Positions 46,663 to 57,631 of a stretch of DNA of 64,000 nt are shown here, one piece after another. The position numbers and the translations under genes are program-made. The first letter of the stretch is position 1. Each line of letters begins with the position of its first letter. The DNA is taken from contig OY730476.1 of NCBI GenBank assembly GCA_963422735.1, positions 2,752,001-2,816,000 on the forward strand, read 5' to 3'. Below the pieces are notes generated by a model. That model made no database searches, was not told where the DNA came from, and was given only the letters and a program-made list of their open reading frames with translations. This stretch comes from Candidatus Latescibacterota bacterium (lineage in GTDB: Bacteria > Latescibacterota > UBA2968 > UBA8231).

Positions 46663-49600
46663 TCAAGCCTTTCCGTAGTAGGGCCCGGCCACATCGTCGT
46701 CATTAACGTAGGCGACGCGCACTTGGTACTCCGTTTCGGGCTGCAACCCCCAGATGATATATGTACCATGAGTATCTTTTGGCAGGAACGCTTCCGACAT
46801 AGGCACAAAAGGCGAGGTGGCCAAGCCCCACTGTATGCGAGTGCGATAGATGCTCGATGGGTCAAAGATCACGCGCAGGCTCGTATCGCCAGCCGCCACC
46901 ACCCTGACCGCCGCGGGCGCATCGGGCACCGGCGACACCGGGGCCGCCTGAGTCGTTGCGCTACGCGAGCGAGCGTCCGAGAGTGGACTGCTCTGTACTC
47001 GGTAGCGCAACTGAACCACGTACGCCGTGTTCGGCTCCAACCCTCGGATGATGTAGGGGCCGTCGCCCAGCCCCGCGGCGATGCCGACCCGCCGGTCGAA
47101 GCCACCCCCACTGGCGGCGGTACCCCACTCGACCTGAGCGGTCAGACCGTACGTGGACGGCAGGGTGAACCGCACCGCGATCGTCGTGTCGGTGCAGTCG
47201 GCGGCGTCGATGGCGGGAAACTCCGTCGCCGTAGGCAGGCCGGGCGCGGTAGCCTTAGCCGGCGGCGGCGATGCCACATAGATGGCAAAATCCTCCTCGA
47301 TGGACTGATCGCCCTTACTGGCTCGCCACGTGATTCTAAACAACCCTTCCTTGATCGGCGTCCCCGTGATGCGCCCTGTCGTCGTTTCGCTTAGGGCCAA
47401 GCCCGCCGGCAGGCTCCCGTAGAGGATGCCATAGGTAATATCGTCTTGGTCGCCCTTAACCAACGGGAGCTGAAACGGAGTCGTGGTATCGACCGTTTCG
47501 CCTTGTGTCAGCGAGGGAATATGTCGAGTGCCGAAGACCAAAGGCGGCGGCGTGGCAGGGGCCGGCGACGGCGTGAAGCGGATGTACCGGTCCGTGTCTC
47601 TTAGGTAGTAGTCCCCGGCGACGCCAGCGGGATTGCGATGGCGGACGGTAACGCGATATTCGACCCCCGGCTGCAGGTTCGAGATGATATATTCCTGCCC
47701 GTAGGATACCGCGTTGCCCGCCGGGTGCCACTGGGCACCTTCGAGATACTCCCACTCCAGTTCGGTAAAAAAGTCGCCGCTGGACGTCCAGTGGATCGTC
47801 GCCGAGGTGGGGGTGCGCTCATTTCGGGGTACGCGGACGCCTTCGGGTGCTGGCGGCGCAGGCACCGGAGCTTGGTATCGATCGACGATCTGTGCAGGAT
47901 ACCAGTTGGTTGCCAGCGCGGCGTCGGGCGACCACGTGCGCAGCAGCAGCCAGACGGCCGGCTGCTGCGCGGTGGCAGCCGGCGGCTGCACATGGGCCGG
48001 GCGACCGTCGAGGGTCGGCCGGAAGTGCTCGTTGGTTTTCTCCCCATCGGTCTGGTCTGCTATCGTCGGATAGGGGTCGGACGGGCCTGTCCAGTAGGCC
48101 CGCTGCGGACGCTGGACCACCGGCGCAGGATGAACCGTCAGCGTCCGGTCCATCTCAGCCGATTGTGCCCCGTCGATGGCCTGCCACACCAGAGAGTAGT
48201 CGCCCACACGCGTCGGCGTCCCCGTGATGCACCCCGCGGTGGTCTTACTCAAGGTCAGACCTGCAGGCAGGCTCCCATACAGGATCGAATACGCCTTGAC
48301 GTCGTCTAAGGCGGCGACCGTCGGCAGTTGCAAGGGGTTGGACGTGTCGATGGGCTGACCGACCACCAAGCGTGGGAGATGCTCGGTAGATACGTCGAAT
48401 CGGATAGTAGCCGGGGTCGGCTTGGTCTTCGCCGAGCGCGAGCGAGCGTCTGAGAGCGGACTGCCCTGTACCCGGTAGCGCAACTGGACGACGTACGCCG
48501 TGTTCGGCTCCAGCCCTCGGATGATGTAGGGGCCATCGCCCAGCCCCGCGGCGATACCAACCCGCCGGTCGAAGCCACCCCCGCTGGCGGCGGTACCCCA
48601 CTCGACCTGAGCGGTCAGACCGTACGTGGACGGCAGGGTGAACCGCACCGCGATCGTCGTGTCGGTGCAGTCGGCGGCGTCGAGGGCGGGAAACTCCGTC
48701 GCCGTAGGCAGGCCGGGCGCGGCCGGGGCCGGCGTAGGCTCCGTCGCCTTGCTCAGCACTAGGTCGCCGCTGGCCGTGCCGAAAAAGTTGCGGTAGCGCA
48801 CCTTGATCGGGTACGTCTTCCCTCCATCCAATCCCCTGATCACGTAGGTGCTGTATATGCCCGAGGCGATGCCGTGCCGCGTGTAGTTCCCGCTCTCGGG
48901 GTAGCCCCACTCGACTTCGGCGTAATGGCCCCCCATCAGCCCGGTGATAGCCACACTGATGGTGTTGTGCGTCGCGGTCAGGACGATCTCGGAGGACTGC
49001 GGGTCGGCGGGGGCGGGCAAAGAGGACGGATCGCCGGCGACGAGAGTTAGGCCATCCCGCTCCACTTGTACGGGCGTCGAGGCGGTCCACAGGGTGTAGG
49101 TCTGTGGACTAGTGCCTGTCAGTTTGCGCTCAATGCGCCAGATTATGGGGTGGTCCCTGGTGGGCGCGGGCAAGCTCCGCGCCCACCCCGTCGGCGTGTA
49201 GTTAGGGTCGAGGTGCGGCATGGACTGCACGGCCTCTGGAACAGTCGGTAGAGTGTCCGTGCCGATCTGGTAGGCGTATTGGACGACGGTGGTGGGTAAC
49301 GGGTAGATCGTCCCGGTCGCTGCTTTCGACTCATTGCCGGTCGTGTCGACATGCTTGATCGCATAGGTGCGCATAGCCGGCGTCTCGCTTATGCCGTCGG
49401 CTGGCAGTATGACGATCTCATTGGCCGATGTCTTGTAGGGGGTCGCAGTCGATCCATCCACAGCGTCTGTGATTAGGGTATGGTCGTAGTCGTCCTCTGT
49501 TGGGTCTGTCCACGTCAGCCGGTATCCGCCGGCCAACTCGGAGACGGACACCCCCGCGGGCGCAGCAGGCGCAGCAGTATCTTTGGTGGAGACGGCAGCC

Positions 49601-51624
49601 GTCGCCTCGTCGGTCCACGGCGAGACCCCCCTTTCTTTATCTGCTAATCGAGCTTGCCAGTACACGTCCACCAGCGGCTCGACAGCCAGCCGACCTTCTC
49701 CTGTTGTTCCCAAATCGTGTTGCGTTGATGGGTACGTGCCCGAGACGGTGGTCCAGCGTAGCTGTAGCGTGGTGCCGACCACCGTCTCCCAGGAGACATG
49801 GAGTATTGAGAACGGCTCGCCGTTGAGAAGTTGGTCTTCGCGCTTGACCGTTATGTCCTCGGCGTCTATGGCGACGGCAGCCGATTCGGTCTTCACGGGC
49901 TTTTGGCCGTACTCCGTGAATGCGCTTGCCTCGGCTACATCATGGTCCGAGGCCGCCAGTGCCTCGCGCAGGTACAGACGGATAGGCCCCTTGGTGTGCT
50001 CGATGCCCTCTAGGATGAAGGTCTTGTCCGTCCACCCCATGTCCGAAGCAGTCAGCTTTACTGGATGCCCGGGCACCAGCGCGGCAGTAGCAGGGGTGTA
50101 TGGCAGCAGGACCTTGCAGGTCAGGCGCTGGGCCAGTGCCTTAGCCTCGACATGCGTCCAGTGCTGTGCTTGGTAGTAGTCTGTCATCAGGGTGCTGGGA
50201 CGCAACTGCTCGATGCGCTCGATACCGTCTATAAATTTGAGCTCGTTGTTGACGACCACCGGCAGCTCGGCCTTGTTGTCCTCGGCTTGAGCGCAGGCCT
50301 CCAGCGATAGGCGCACCGTGTTGAACCGCTTGCCGGCTGGCACGGTCTCGACCTCTTCGATGTGCAAGCCATCGTCGTAGCCGTAGGACACCGCTGGGCG
50401 GTCCAGTAAGGTCGAGCCGGGGCGCAGGTAGACCTTGTCGCCTGACAGCGCGATATAGCCATGCCAGAGATATTCGATGGACCGGAGCAGGTGCAAGGGG
50501 TCGTCGCTGCTCCGCACGACGCCGCTCCAAGCATACGGCTGGATCGTTATGGTTTGGGTTTGACTTCGGCTACGGTGAGACCGAGGGCGCGAGCGACTAG
50601 GTAGGGTAATCGTTCTCGGCGTCCTGTCGCCGATAGAGATTTCTTTTGTTGCGGCGCACGCAGTCCGCGCACTGGCCAAGTCTGTCTCGTCAATGGCGTT
50701 AGCCGGAAAACCCAGTCGCTCGGTCAGCAGCCATACGGCGATGTCCGCCGAGTTCGTACTGCCCGGTATTCCATTTACGGCAATGCCGTCCACCTCAAAA
50801 GACAAAGACGGTACGCTGGTCGGATACGGCTTGTGAACCGTGTTGTACGTGTTCGATTCGTTGAAGTTTTCGTATGATGTCCGCTTTCTAAGTTTTTTGG
50901 GTTGTTCGTAATTGATTGAATTATCCCTCCCCAAACCACTTGCGGATATATCGATGGCGATGTGTGCCCAAGAGACGCCTTTGAGTTGGTGGCTCTTGGT
51001 CCACTCTTGTTCGCCTTCTTCCAGCTCGGTCATCTGGAAAATGCCTTGCCCTCGCCCTCTTTTAGTACGATCGGACTCGGACATGGGCACATGGCGCGTT
51101 AGTTGCTGGAGGTCGTAGCCCTCGGCACCGTCGGCTTTAAAGTTTAGGTAGGCGCGAATACCTCCAGCCCACGGCGAGTTGCCGTCTTTGTTGCTTACCG
51201 GTTCCCACCAGCCTTTTGATTGGTATTCGAGCTTGACGCGTTCGCCATCGACCCATATGTAGGTGTTGCCTTTGGGGTCTGGTGTCTTGAGCGATTCCTC
51301 ACTCAAGACGATGGCCAAGTCGACGCGATTCTTCCGCCTCGTAGCTTGAAAAGCGTAGACGATCTGGCCGCCCACTCTCACCCCCTTACCTATCACCCAT
51401 TGCCTTTCAACTGAGGCGGCCATCTCGGCCTGAACCGGGACGGGCCGCCCTTGCGTAGTAGCCCTCTTCGGCGGCGTAGAGAGTGCGCTGAGGACACCCA
51501 AACCGAAGGTCATGAGGGCTCCAGCCGGCGTTACCGCCCCAGCCGCGTAGGCCGCACCTAACAGGCCCCCCTGCAGGCCCAGCCCGCGAGCTTCGTCTCC
51601 GGTGATGTTGTCTAAGGGTACCAT
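46663..51624 (-). CDS. Tail-tip/host-specificity protein with multiple FN3 and putative Ig domains
   Basis: gpJ-like N-terminal part; IIRGLEPNTAYVVQLRY FN3 repeats; GSLPAGL.L...G.ITGTP Ig motifs; 1653 aa. Confidence 0.85.
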   Translation of the reverse strand: MVPLDNITGDEARGLGLQGGLLGAAYAAGAVTPAGALMTFGLGVLSALSTPPKRATTQGRPVPVQAEMAASVERQWVIGKGVRVGGQIVYAFQATRRKNRVDLAIVLSEESLKTPDPKGNTYIWVDGERVKLEYQSKGWWEPVSNKDGNSPWAGGIRAYLNFKADGAEGYDLQQLTRHVPMSESDRTKRGRGQGIFQMTELEEGEQEWTKSHQLKGVSWAHIAIDISASGLGRDNSINYEQPKKLRKRTSYENFNESNTYNTVHKPYPTSVPSLSFEVDGIAVNGIPGSTNSADIAVWLLTERLGFPANAIDETDLASARTACAATKEISIGDRTPRTITLPSRSRPRSHRSRSQTQTITIQPYAWSGVVRSSDDPLHLLRSIEYLWHGYIALSGDKVYLRPGSTLLDRPAVSYGYDDGLHIEEVETVPAGKRFNTVRLSLEACAQAEDNKAELPVVVNNELKFIDGIERIEQLRPSTLMTDYYQAQHWTHVEAKALAQRLTCKVLLPYTPATAALVPGHPVKLTASDMGWTDKTFILEGIEHTKGPIRLYLREALAASDHDVAEASAFTEYGQKPVKTESAAVAIDAEDITVKREDQLLNGEPFSILHVSWETVVGTTLQLRWTTVSGTYPSTQHDLGTTGEGRLAVEPLVDVYWQARLADKERGVSPWTDEATAAVSTKDTAAPAAPAGVSVSELAGGYRLTWTDPTEDDYDHTLITDAVDGSTATPYKTSANEIVILPADGISETPAMRTYAIKHVDTTGNESKAATGTIYPLPTTVVQYAYQIGTDTLPTVPEAVQSMPHLDPNYTPTGWARSLPAPTRDHPIIWRIERKLTGTSPQTYTLWTASTPVQVERDGLTLVAGDPSSLPAPADPQSSEIVLTATHNTISVAITGLMGGHYAEVEWGYPESGNYTRHGIASGIYSTYVIRGLDGGKTYPIKVRYRNFFGTASGDLVLSKATEPTPAPAAPGLPTATEFPALDAADCTDTTIAVRFTLPSTYGLTAQVEWGTAASGGGFDRRVGIAAGLGDGPYIIRGLEPNTAYVVQLRYRVQGSPLSDARSRSAKTKPTPATIRFDVSTEHLPRLVVGQPIDTSNPLQLPTVAALDDVKAYSILYGSLPAGLTLSKTTAGCITGTPTRVGDYSLVWQAIDGAQSAEMDRTLTVHPAPVVQRPQRAYWTGPSDPYPTIADQTDGEKTNEHFRPTLDGRPAHVQPPAATAQQPAVWLLLRTWSPDAALATNWYPAQIVDRYQAPVPAPPAPEGVRVPRNERTPTSATIHWTSSGDFFTELEWEYLEGAQWHPAGNAVSYGQEYIISNLQPGVEYRVTVRHRNPAGVAGDYYLRDTDRYIRFTPSPAPATPPPLVFGTRHIPSLTQGETVDTTTPFQLPLVKGDQDDITYGILYGSLPAGLALSETTTGRITGTPIKEGLFRITWRASKGDQSIEEDFAIYVASPPPAKATAPGLPTATEFPAIDAADCTDTTIAVRFTLPSTYGLTAQVEWGTAASGGGFDRRVGIAAGLGDGPYIIRGLEPNTAYVVQLRYRVQSSPLSDARSRSATTQAAPVSPVPDAPAAVRVVAAGDTSLRVIFDPSSIYRTRIQWGLATSPFVPMSEAFLPKDTHGTYIIWGLQPETEYQVRVAYVNDDDVAGPYYGKA
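46964..48722. repeat. 286-bp near-identical FN3-domain duplication (46964-47249 and 48437-48722)
   Basis: Direct comparison. Confidence 0.92.
50575..50625. repeat. 51-bp dispersed copy of the tail-chaperone frameshift region (21133-21183; 55783-55833)
   Basis: 48/51 identity, including a perfect 33-mer gtgagaccgagggcgcgagcgactaggtagggt. Confidence 0.9.
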
Positions 51625-51627
51625 GCT

Positions 51628-52131
51628 CTATTTAGGGGGATAATATATTCCCATACCTTTATATCCACCTGTTGCTAGTTGCGCCGCATACTGCCAGCCC
51701 ATGTCCTCATGGTGTCGCTTGAGCTGAGCCTGGTGGTCCCAGCGTTCTGCCGACGTGTTTTCATGGAGCCACCAGATCAAATGCTTGAGCTCGCCAACCG
51801 TAACCCCATTCTGCTGCACGAGGCGCGAGACCATGCCGGCGTATAACCATCGTCGGTTCCAGCCGTTCCCAGTGTCTTCCAGCATCTGTATGCGCCCTAT
51901 GGCAGCACCCGGATTTTGCGATCGGGGCACAGCTATCTCGAATGGGATGGCCGTCGGGATGCGAAGACCCGAGTTCAGTCGCATCTTGCCGATCATTATG
52001 AGCTTCTTGGCTGTGTAGGTGAAGCCACCGTAGATCAGGTCGTGCTCGCCGGTCCACGCTCGCCAGACGCCGGCCTGACCGGATACGATAGAGCGGGATG
52101 CGCTGCCTAGCTCAATGGTGTATGCCTGCAT
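51628..52131 (-). CDS. Minor tail/hub protein, copy B
   Basis: Same protein as 16984..17487. Confidence 0.55.
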   Translation of the reverse strand: MQAYTIELGSASRSIVSGQAGVWRAWTGEHDLIYGGFTYTAKKLIMIGKMRLNSGLRIPTAIPFEIAVPRSQNPGAAIGRIQMLEDTGNGWNRRWLYAGMVSRLVQQNGVTVGELKHLIWWLHENTSAERWDHQAQLKRHHEDMGWQYAAQLATGGYKGMGIYYPPK

Positions 52132-52166
52132 CTAAGATTTGTTCGACGATAAAGTTTTATCACACA

Positions 52167-52760
52167 TCAAACCACTTCTTCGATCACCAGCGTCCAAGGA
52201 CCCATGTAGTCTGGCAGATAGACATTTTCGATGGGACGGATTACTCGGGCACGTATCTTGGTCGCTGGGGACAGCGCATCTTCCGCACCCAGTCTTAGAT
52301 TGGGCACGATGGTGATCTGGTCGGATGAGTTGCCCTCGACCACTTTGACCACGGACACCAGCCGGTTTGCTATGTTGGCATAGTGCCCCGCTTTGGCGTT
52401 GTGTTTTTTTAGAACGCCGGACAGCGTGAGCATTCCGTCTGTCGTAGTTGCTTTGCTGGTGTACGTCCCGCTCCATGATGGGCTATCGGGCTCGAAGGTT
52501 GGGAGTGGCAGGTTGATGTCGGCATGGTTGCTCTGACCTTGCAACGCATGAAGCCAAGCGGCGATGGCCCTCGCTCTGTCTCCGTTTTTCTGTATCGGAA
52601 TACGTATCCCGCCTTCAAACCGGTAGTACTGGTTGCCGCGCTCGTAGGTGTATCGCTGTCCTGTCACGGGGCTTACGTAGGCCGACTGGCCCGGTGTGGC
52701 TAGTCGCAGGTTGTAACGGTCTGGCGTCGCGCTCAGTGTGATAGTGGTTAGCTTTGCCAT
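52167..52760 (-). CDS. Distal tail-like protein, copy B
   Basis: 2 aa differences from copy A. Confidence 0.55.
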   Translation of the reverse strand: MAKLTTITLSATPDRYNLRLATPGQSAYVSPVTGQRYTYERGNQYYRFEGGIRIPIQKNGDRARAIAAWLHALQGQSNHADINLPLPTFEPDSPSWSGTYTSKATTTDGMLTLSGVLKKHNAKAGHYANIANRLVSVVKVVEGNSSDQITIVPNLRLGAEDALSPATKIRARVIRPIENVYLPDYMGPWTLVIEEVV

Positions 52761-52762
52761 GG

Positions 52763-55572
52763 TTATGCGTATTCGCGTTGGGACGATGACGAATGATATA
52801 TTGGTGCTGATAAGTTGAGGCCCTCGGCTGCTTCCTGCACTCCTCCCCCGAAGTCTAGCTTCCCAGTGTCGATGAAGTCATATACTTGACCCAATAGGTT
52901 GTCAGTCACGCGGCGCATCGCTAGCTGAGATAGGCTTCTGGCCAAGTCCTGGACGACCTCGGACAGGCTACTGAAGCCTTGGGTGGCCTTCAGTAGAGTG
53001 TCGGCCAAGATGTCGGCGGTGCCCTTGAGCGTGTCGCGCCATTCCTGCGTCCGCTCGTCGGTCAGACGTATGCCGTCGGCCACTCCGCGCAGCTCTGCTA
53101 GTCGGGCCTGTATTATGTTCGTCTGATCTTGTTCTGGTTGGGAGAGGTCTCGTCCTTTTGCCTGACCCATTATTTCATGCAGTTCGGCTTGCAGATCGTT
53201 GATCTGCTCGTTAACCTCGGAAGCTTGGAGCCGTAGTTGCGCTGTTACGGGCACTTCGAGCGGTACGGCTTCGACTGGCATTGCGTCCAACCAATCATCT
53301 CTATCTAATAATTCCACGGCGTCTTGTATCAGTTTGTCCCGTTGCTGCTTCAGCTCTGGGGATAGCCCTTGTATTTCGCCTGTTTGAGCCTGTTCATTTC
53401 GCAGATTTGCGATATCGTCCTGAACATGACGTAGACGATCTAGCAAGGCTTGCACCTGATTTTCATCTTCAGTTGCCCCTTCAAAAGCTGTTGTGTCCGT
53501 CACCCCTGCGGCGGATAGCGTTTCTATCAGTTCGTCCTTGTTCGCTTGTATGGTTTCGGCTTGCTGTTGTAGGATATCTTGTAGTTGTCCGATCTGCACT
53601 GCGAAGTTTGTCAAGGGAGACACCCCCGACAGGTCGGCCAGTCCCAGCCTGTTGGTAGCCCGATCGACATCCTGCTGACGGCTAATATCGCTGAGCAGAT
53701 CGGCAGCGGACATCGCAGATTCTTTCGCTACTTTAGTCCTATTCGTCCACTCTTCCGTATCAAATTCCAGCACCGCCGCGGCGTCTTGTATCAGCTTGTG
53801 CAGTTGCTTCTTCTGCTCTGCGCTTGGCGCGGTTTCCTTATAGTCCCCTCTCAAATTTTTGAGATAGTCCCTCAACGGAGAAAGGCGACCTAGCAAGGCT
53901 TGTAACTGACCTTGCTCTTCAGCTACAGCCTGTTCAAAAGCGGTTGTATCCACCTTGGATTCGACTAGCTTTCCTCTCAGTTCGTCGCTGACCCTTTTCT
54001 GGTCGTCTAAGCGCTGTTGTATGACCTGTCGTAGGCTCTCGGCCTGTAGTGCGTAGTCTGTCTTCGAGGGTACCCCCGGCGGCTTGTACAGTCCCAGATC
54101 GCTGATAGCCTGATCGGTGGACTCGCGAAGCGAATATTGCTGAGTAGTTCAGTAGCGGGAACTGGGCCTGGTTGGGCGACCCTCTCGTTCAGTTCCCGCG
54201 CAAGCTCAGGGCTTATTACGACCGCTCTCTGAAAATTCAGTGCTCTACTCGGAGATACTTGTGCTTTCTCGCCACCTTTAAGGTCTGCTGCATTTATCCC
54301 TTGGGTTTTTATCCATTCTTCTAATTGCTCTTGGGTGTTGTTGGCCCGCATTGTGTATTCTGGCTTGGGGAACAAAGGCGGTTGTCCTGTCGGCCCGTGC
54401 GGTTGTCCTGTCGGCTCGTCCTCGCTCATAAGGAGGTCTTTAAGCCAAGCCGCTCCGGCGAAACCGCCAGCACCCTGTAACGCCTTACGACCAAATTTTC
54501 CTAATTCTCCTATGTTCCCGCTTTTACTAGATACTTTTGACGCTTTGTATGCATTGTAGGCCCATTTGCCAACACGAATGACCCTTCCAATACCGTGGTA
54601 GCTAGCCACGGCTAACAGTATGACGGCTAACAGTATGTCGGTTACAAAGTCTACCACTTGACGGCCTCGTTCCTCAGCCTCTCTTGGCGTACCTCCAAGT
54701 CCTGCGGGCGTCAGTTGCCCCAGCTTGCCAATGATCTCGACCACTCGGTCGAGGGCCCCCTTAAAGCCTGCCTCCAGTATAGGGGCCGCCTCGCGCAGCT
54801 TCGTCAGCATGTTCGATATGGGATCTTCTAGGTCGCCAAAGACGCGGAGCATGGACGTTTTGAACTCCATGGCGGTGGCGTGATATTCGCCTCGGACGCG
54901 TGCCAAGCCCTCTATCTGCTCGGCTTTCGCCTTCCGCTCGTCCGCCCTAAAAGCAGCCAGTCGTTGCTCGAAATCTGGTCGCGTGGCCGCAGCCAGAAGA
55001 GCTTTGGCGTCTTCCTCGCCGAAGATGGGGCGAGCGATGGCCTCGCGGCGACCCACATCCTCCATGGCGGCCAGCCGTTGCAGCATCTCGTCAAGCAGGT
55101 CTGTGGTGGGCCGTATCTTGCCTTGGGCGTCTTCGAGTTGTAGCCCGATCTCGCGGAAGAACTGGCCGCGCTCGGCGTCCGGCTCGACCCATGCCTCTCC
55201 TACGGACTCCACAAACGTCAGGATGGCTTCGGATACGTTATCGAGGTCGGCAGCGAAGACTTTGGCGTAGGCCTGCACATCATTGAGGGAGATGCGGCCT
55301 CGCACACTGAGAAGCTGTAGCTCCTCCCCGAGCATGGCCGCTTCGCGGGCGGCGGCCCCCAGCGAGAAGACCGCGGCACCAGCCGCCACCGAGCTCCACT
55401 GCTTCAGCGACTGGATGCCCTGCCGCACCCGGTCGTTGTACTGCTGTATGGCCCGCTGGTTGCGGCGCAGTTGTCGTCGCTGTTTCTCCAGCTCTGCGGC
55501 GGTGCGGCGCGACCCCTGTACGAACTGGGCGTAGCGAGCCTTTATGTTGGCAACCACTTCTGGGACAGCCAC
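52763..55572 (-). pseudogene. Tape measure protein, copy B, split by a 1-bp deletion at ~54128
   Basis: cgcgaag versus cgcgaaag in copy A; ORFs 54007..55572 and 52763..53953. Confidence 0.8.
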
Positions 55573-55574
55573 GC

Positions 55575-56167
55575 TTAGCCTTGTTCCTTTCGATACGACC
55601 CGTAGAGGGCCGCTAGGTTACGCAGCCCTTCTATGCGCTTCTCTGGGTCGTTTTCCTCGTCGTCTTCGGGTTCTGATGTCTTAAGGAAAGCAGCCGCTAC
55701 CAGTGGGAAGGATGGGTAGCGAGCCAGATGACGCAGCCAGCCCTGGTACTCAACGTTGGGGAGCGCGTTGACTTGGGCTAGCGTGAGACCGAGGGCGCGA
55801 GCGACTAGGTAGGGTCGTCGTTCTCGTCGTCCTCCTTCTGGTTACTCCGCTTGGGGCCGAAGCAGACCTCGCTGCACTTTTTAACCAGCGGGCCGTCCGC
55901 CCCACCCGTGCGCTGTATCAAGGCCCACGCCTGCTCGTCGCTCAGCTCGACCGCCGCCGCGACCCGAACGGTCTCGACGATGATGCCGTTTGTTCGGGCA
56001 CCAGCCTCTGGTGCTTCGCTGTCCAGTGCTTCCCACTGGCTCAGGATGCGGTCCGCTTCGGACTTGGACGGGTAGCGCAAGGGGATGGGTACGCCCTCGG
56101 CGGTCTCGTAGGGCGGCGGCTGCGACTCGATCAGGGCGATCAATTCTTGAGTAGGTGTTTCTTTCAT
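55575..56167 (-). CDS. Tail assembly chaperone G/GT, copy B
   Basis: Duplicate of 20925..21517. Confidence 0.75.
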
Positions 56168-56175
56168 GGGACTCC

Positions 56176-56826
56176 TTATCCGCCAATGACGGGCAGTGCG
56201 ACGTGCGTTATGGGTTGGATGCCGATCGTGATGGAAGTACTGTCTTCGCTGAACGACGGCACGATAGGCCCCGTGATGACCGCATTGAAGGACCACGTCA
56301 TGGACGGCACCAGGACCTTGTAGTTGCTTGTGGCGCTGACGTCGCTTGCTGGTTTCTCGACCTTTATCGTCTTCCCGTCCACCTCGATGATAGGGTGGTA
56401 CTTAGACTTCGCCTTGATGACGGCTCCGACGAATGCTTCTCCGTGGTCGCCATTGGGGCCTGATGAGTCCGCGAAGGTACACTCCCCACTGCTCGAGATG
56501 GCGATCGTTGCCCCTTGGGTGCTTAGTGCCGAGAAGAGCTCGACGGCCTTCGTAACGATCTTGATGCTTTTTAACTTGCCGTCGATCCAGCTATCATACA
56601 TCTCGCTCCACACATCCAGCGCGAAGGACGGGTTGAAATCCGCACTATAGCTGGGAATGTCGCCGGACGTTGTTATGACCTGCACCCCGTCGAAGTCGCG
56701 GATATTGCTGACGTTGCGCTCGCCGCCGGACGACGTCAGAGACCGTAGGCCGGGCACACGTACCCCCCCTACTTTGAAGTCCATGTGCGCGGTCGGGATG
56801 GTGGCTGGGGACAGTTTCTTGGCCAT
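56176..56826 (-). CDS. Major tail tube protein, copy B (divergent central segment)
   Basis: Termini near-identical to copy A; middle ~100 aa diverged. Confidence 0.7.
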   Translation of the reverse strand: MAKKLSPATIPTAHMDFKVGGVRVPGLRSLTSSGGERNVSNIRDFDGVQVITTSGDIPSYSADFNPSFALDVWSEMYDSWIDGKLKSIKIVTKAVELFSALSTQGATIAISSSGECTFADSSGPNGDHGEAFVGAVIKAKSKYHPIIEVDGKTIKVEKPASDVSATSNYKVLVPSMTWSFNAVITGPIVPSFSEDSTSITIGIQPITHVALPVIGG

Positions 56827-56836
56827 TGTTTTTTCT

Positions 56837-57316
56837 CTATCCGATAAGGCTGCGCGTGGCAGCCGAGTTCGTGCGACCGAGGTCGTCTATCGCCTTGGCC
56901 ATGCTACGACATAGGGCGTCTTCGATGGCTTCGACCGTCACATTCGATTGCAAAGCCTTCTCGACAAAGCGATTGGCGCGGATGCGCCCAGTGCGGCCTC
57001 CGCTTTTCTTGCGCCGCCGCGGCACCGTGCCCAGCGTCTGAAGGTGCGTGTGCGGGGCACCGACCAGCAGGCCGATGCGTCGCTCGCCAGCCACCTGCAC
57101 CCGCTGGCTCCGGCCCGTCTTGTCTGCCTTGCCACGCAGCCGCCGACGAAGCAGGCCGGTGCGCACGGGTGCGCCGTGCCGCGCTTCCTTAGCGGCAGCA
57201 CGAGCCACCCGCACACCCGCTTGGCCGTATGCGTGATCCGCAAAGCGCGGGGTGTCCAGCTCGTTCAGCAGACCGATCAGTTCCTCTAGGCCTAGCAGTT
57301 CGAGGTCAAGTTCCAT
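56837..57316 (-). CDS. HK97 gp10-like protein, copy B
   Basis: Duplicate of 22181..22660. Confidence 0.75.
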   Translation of the reverse strand: MELDLELLGLEELIGLLNELDTPRFADHAYGQAGVRVARAAAKEARHGAPVRTGLLRRRLRGKADKTGRSQRVQVAGERRIGLLVGAPHTHLQTLGTVPRRRKKSGGRTGRIRANRFVEKALQSNVTVEAIEDALCRSMAKAIDDLGRTNSAATRSLIG

Positions 57317-57631
57317 CGTGTCGCCTGTGATTGGGGAGTACTAGGAATAATCAGGAAAACTGTCTTTTTTGGCAAGGTGTCCCAAGTCGTCAGCAGCTTA
57401 GCTGAGGACCGCCAATCTTTTTGTCTCGGTGATAAAATTCTATCATTTTATACTGGATGATACGGAGGTGCTTCGTAGGTTGTAGGTATGGAAACCAACG
57501 GCGGCAAATGGATCAGGCCAGACAAGCGGTTGGCCAGTGTCCCCCGACCCGTGGCGCGACGAGGCCCGACAGGCCGACACGGAGGCCGCCAATCCTCCAT
57601 CCCTTTTTCCACCCCAGAAGGAGTCAGATCC

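Noticed and set aside
46964-50625. Diversity-generating retroelement template/variable repeat pair
   Set aside because: No reverse transcriptase in the window, and the differences between repeat copies are not adenine-specific
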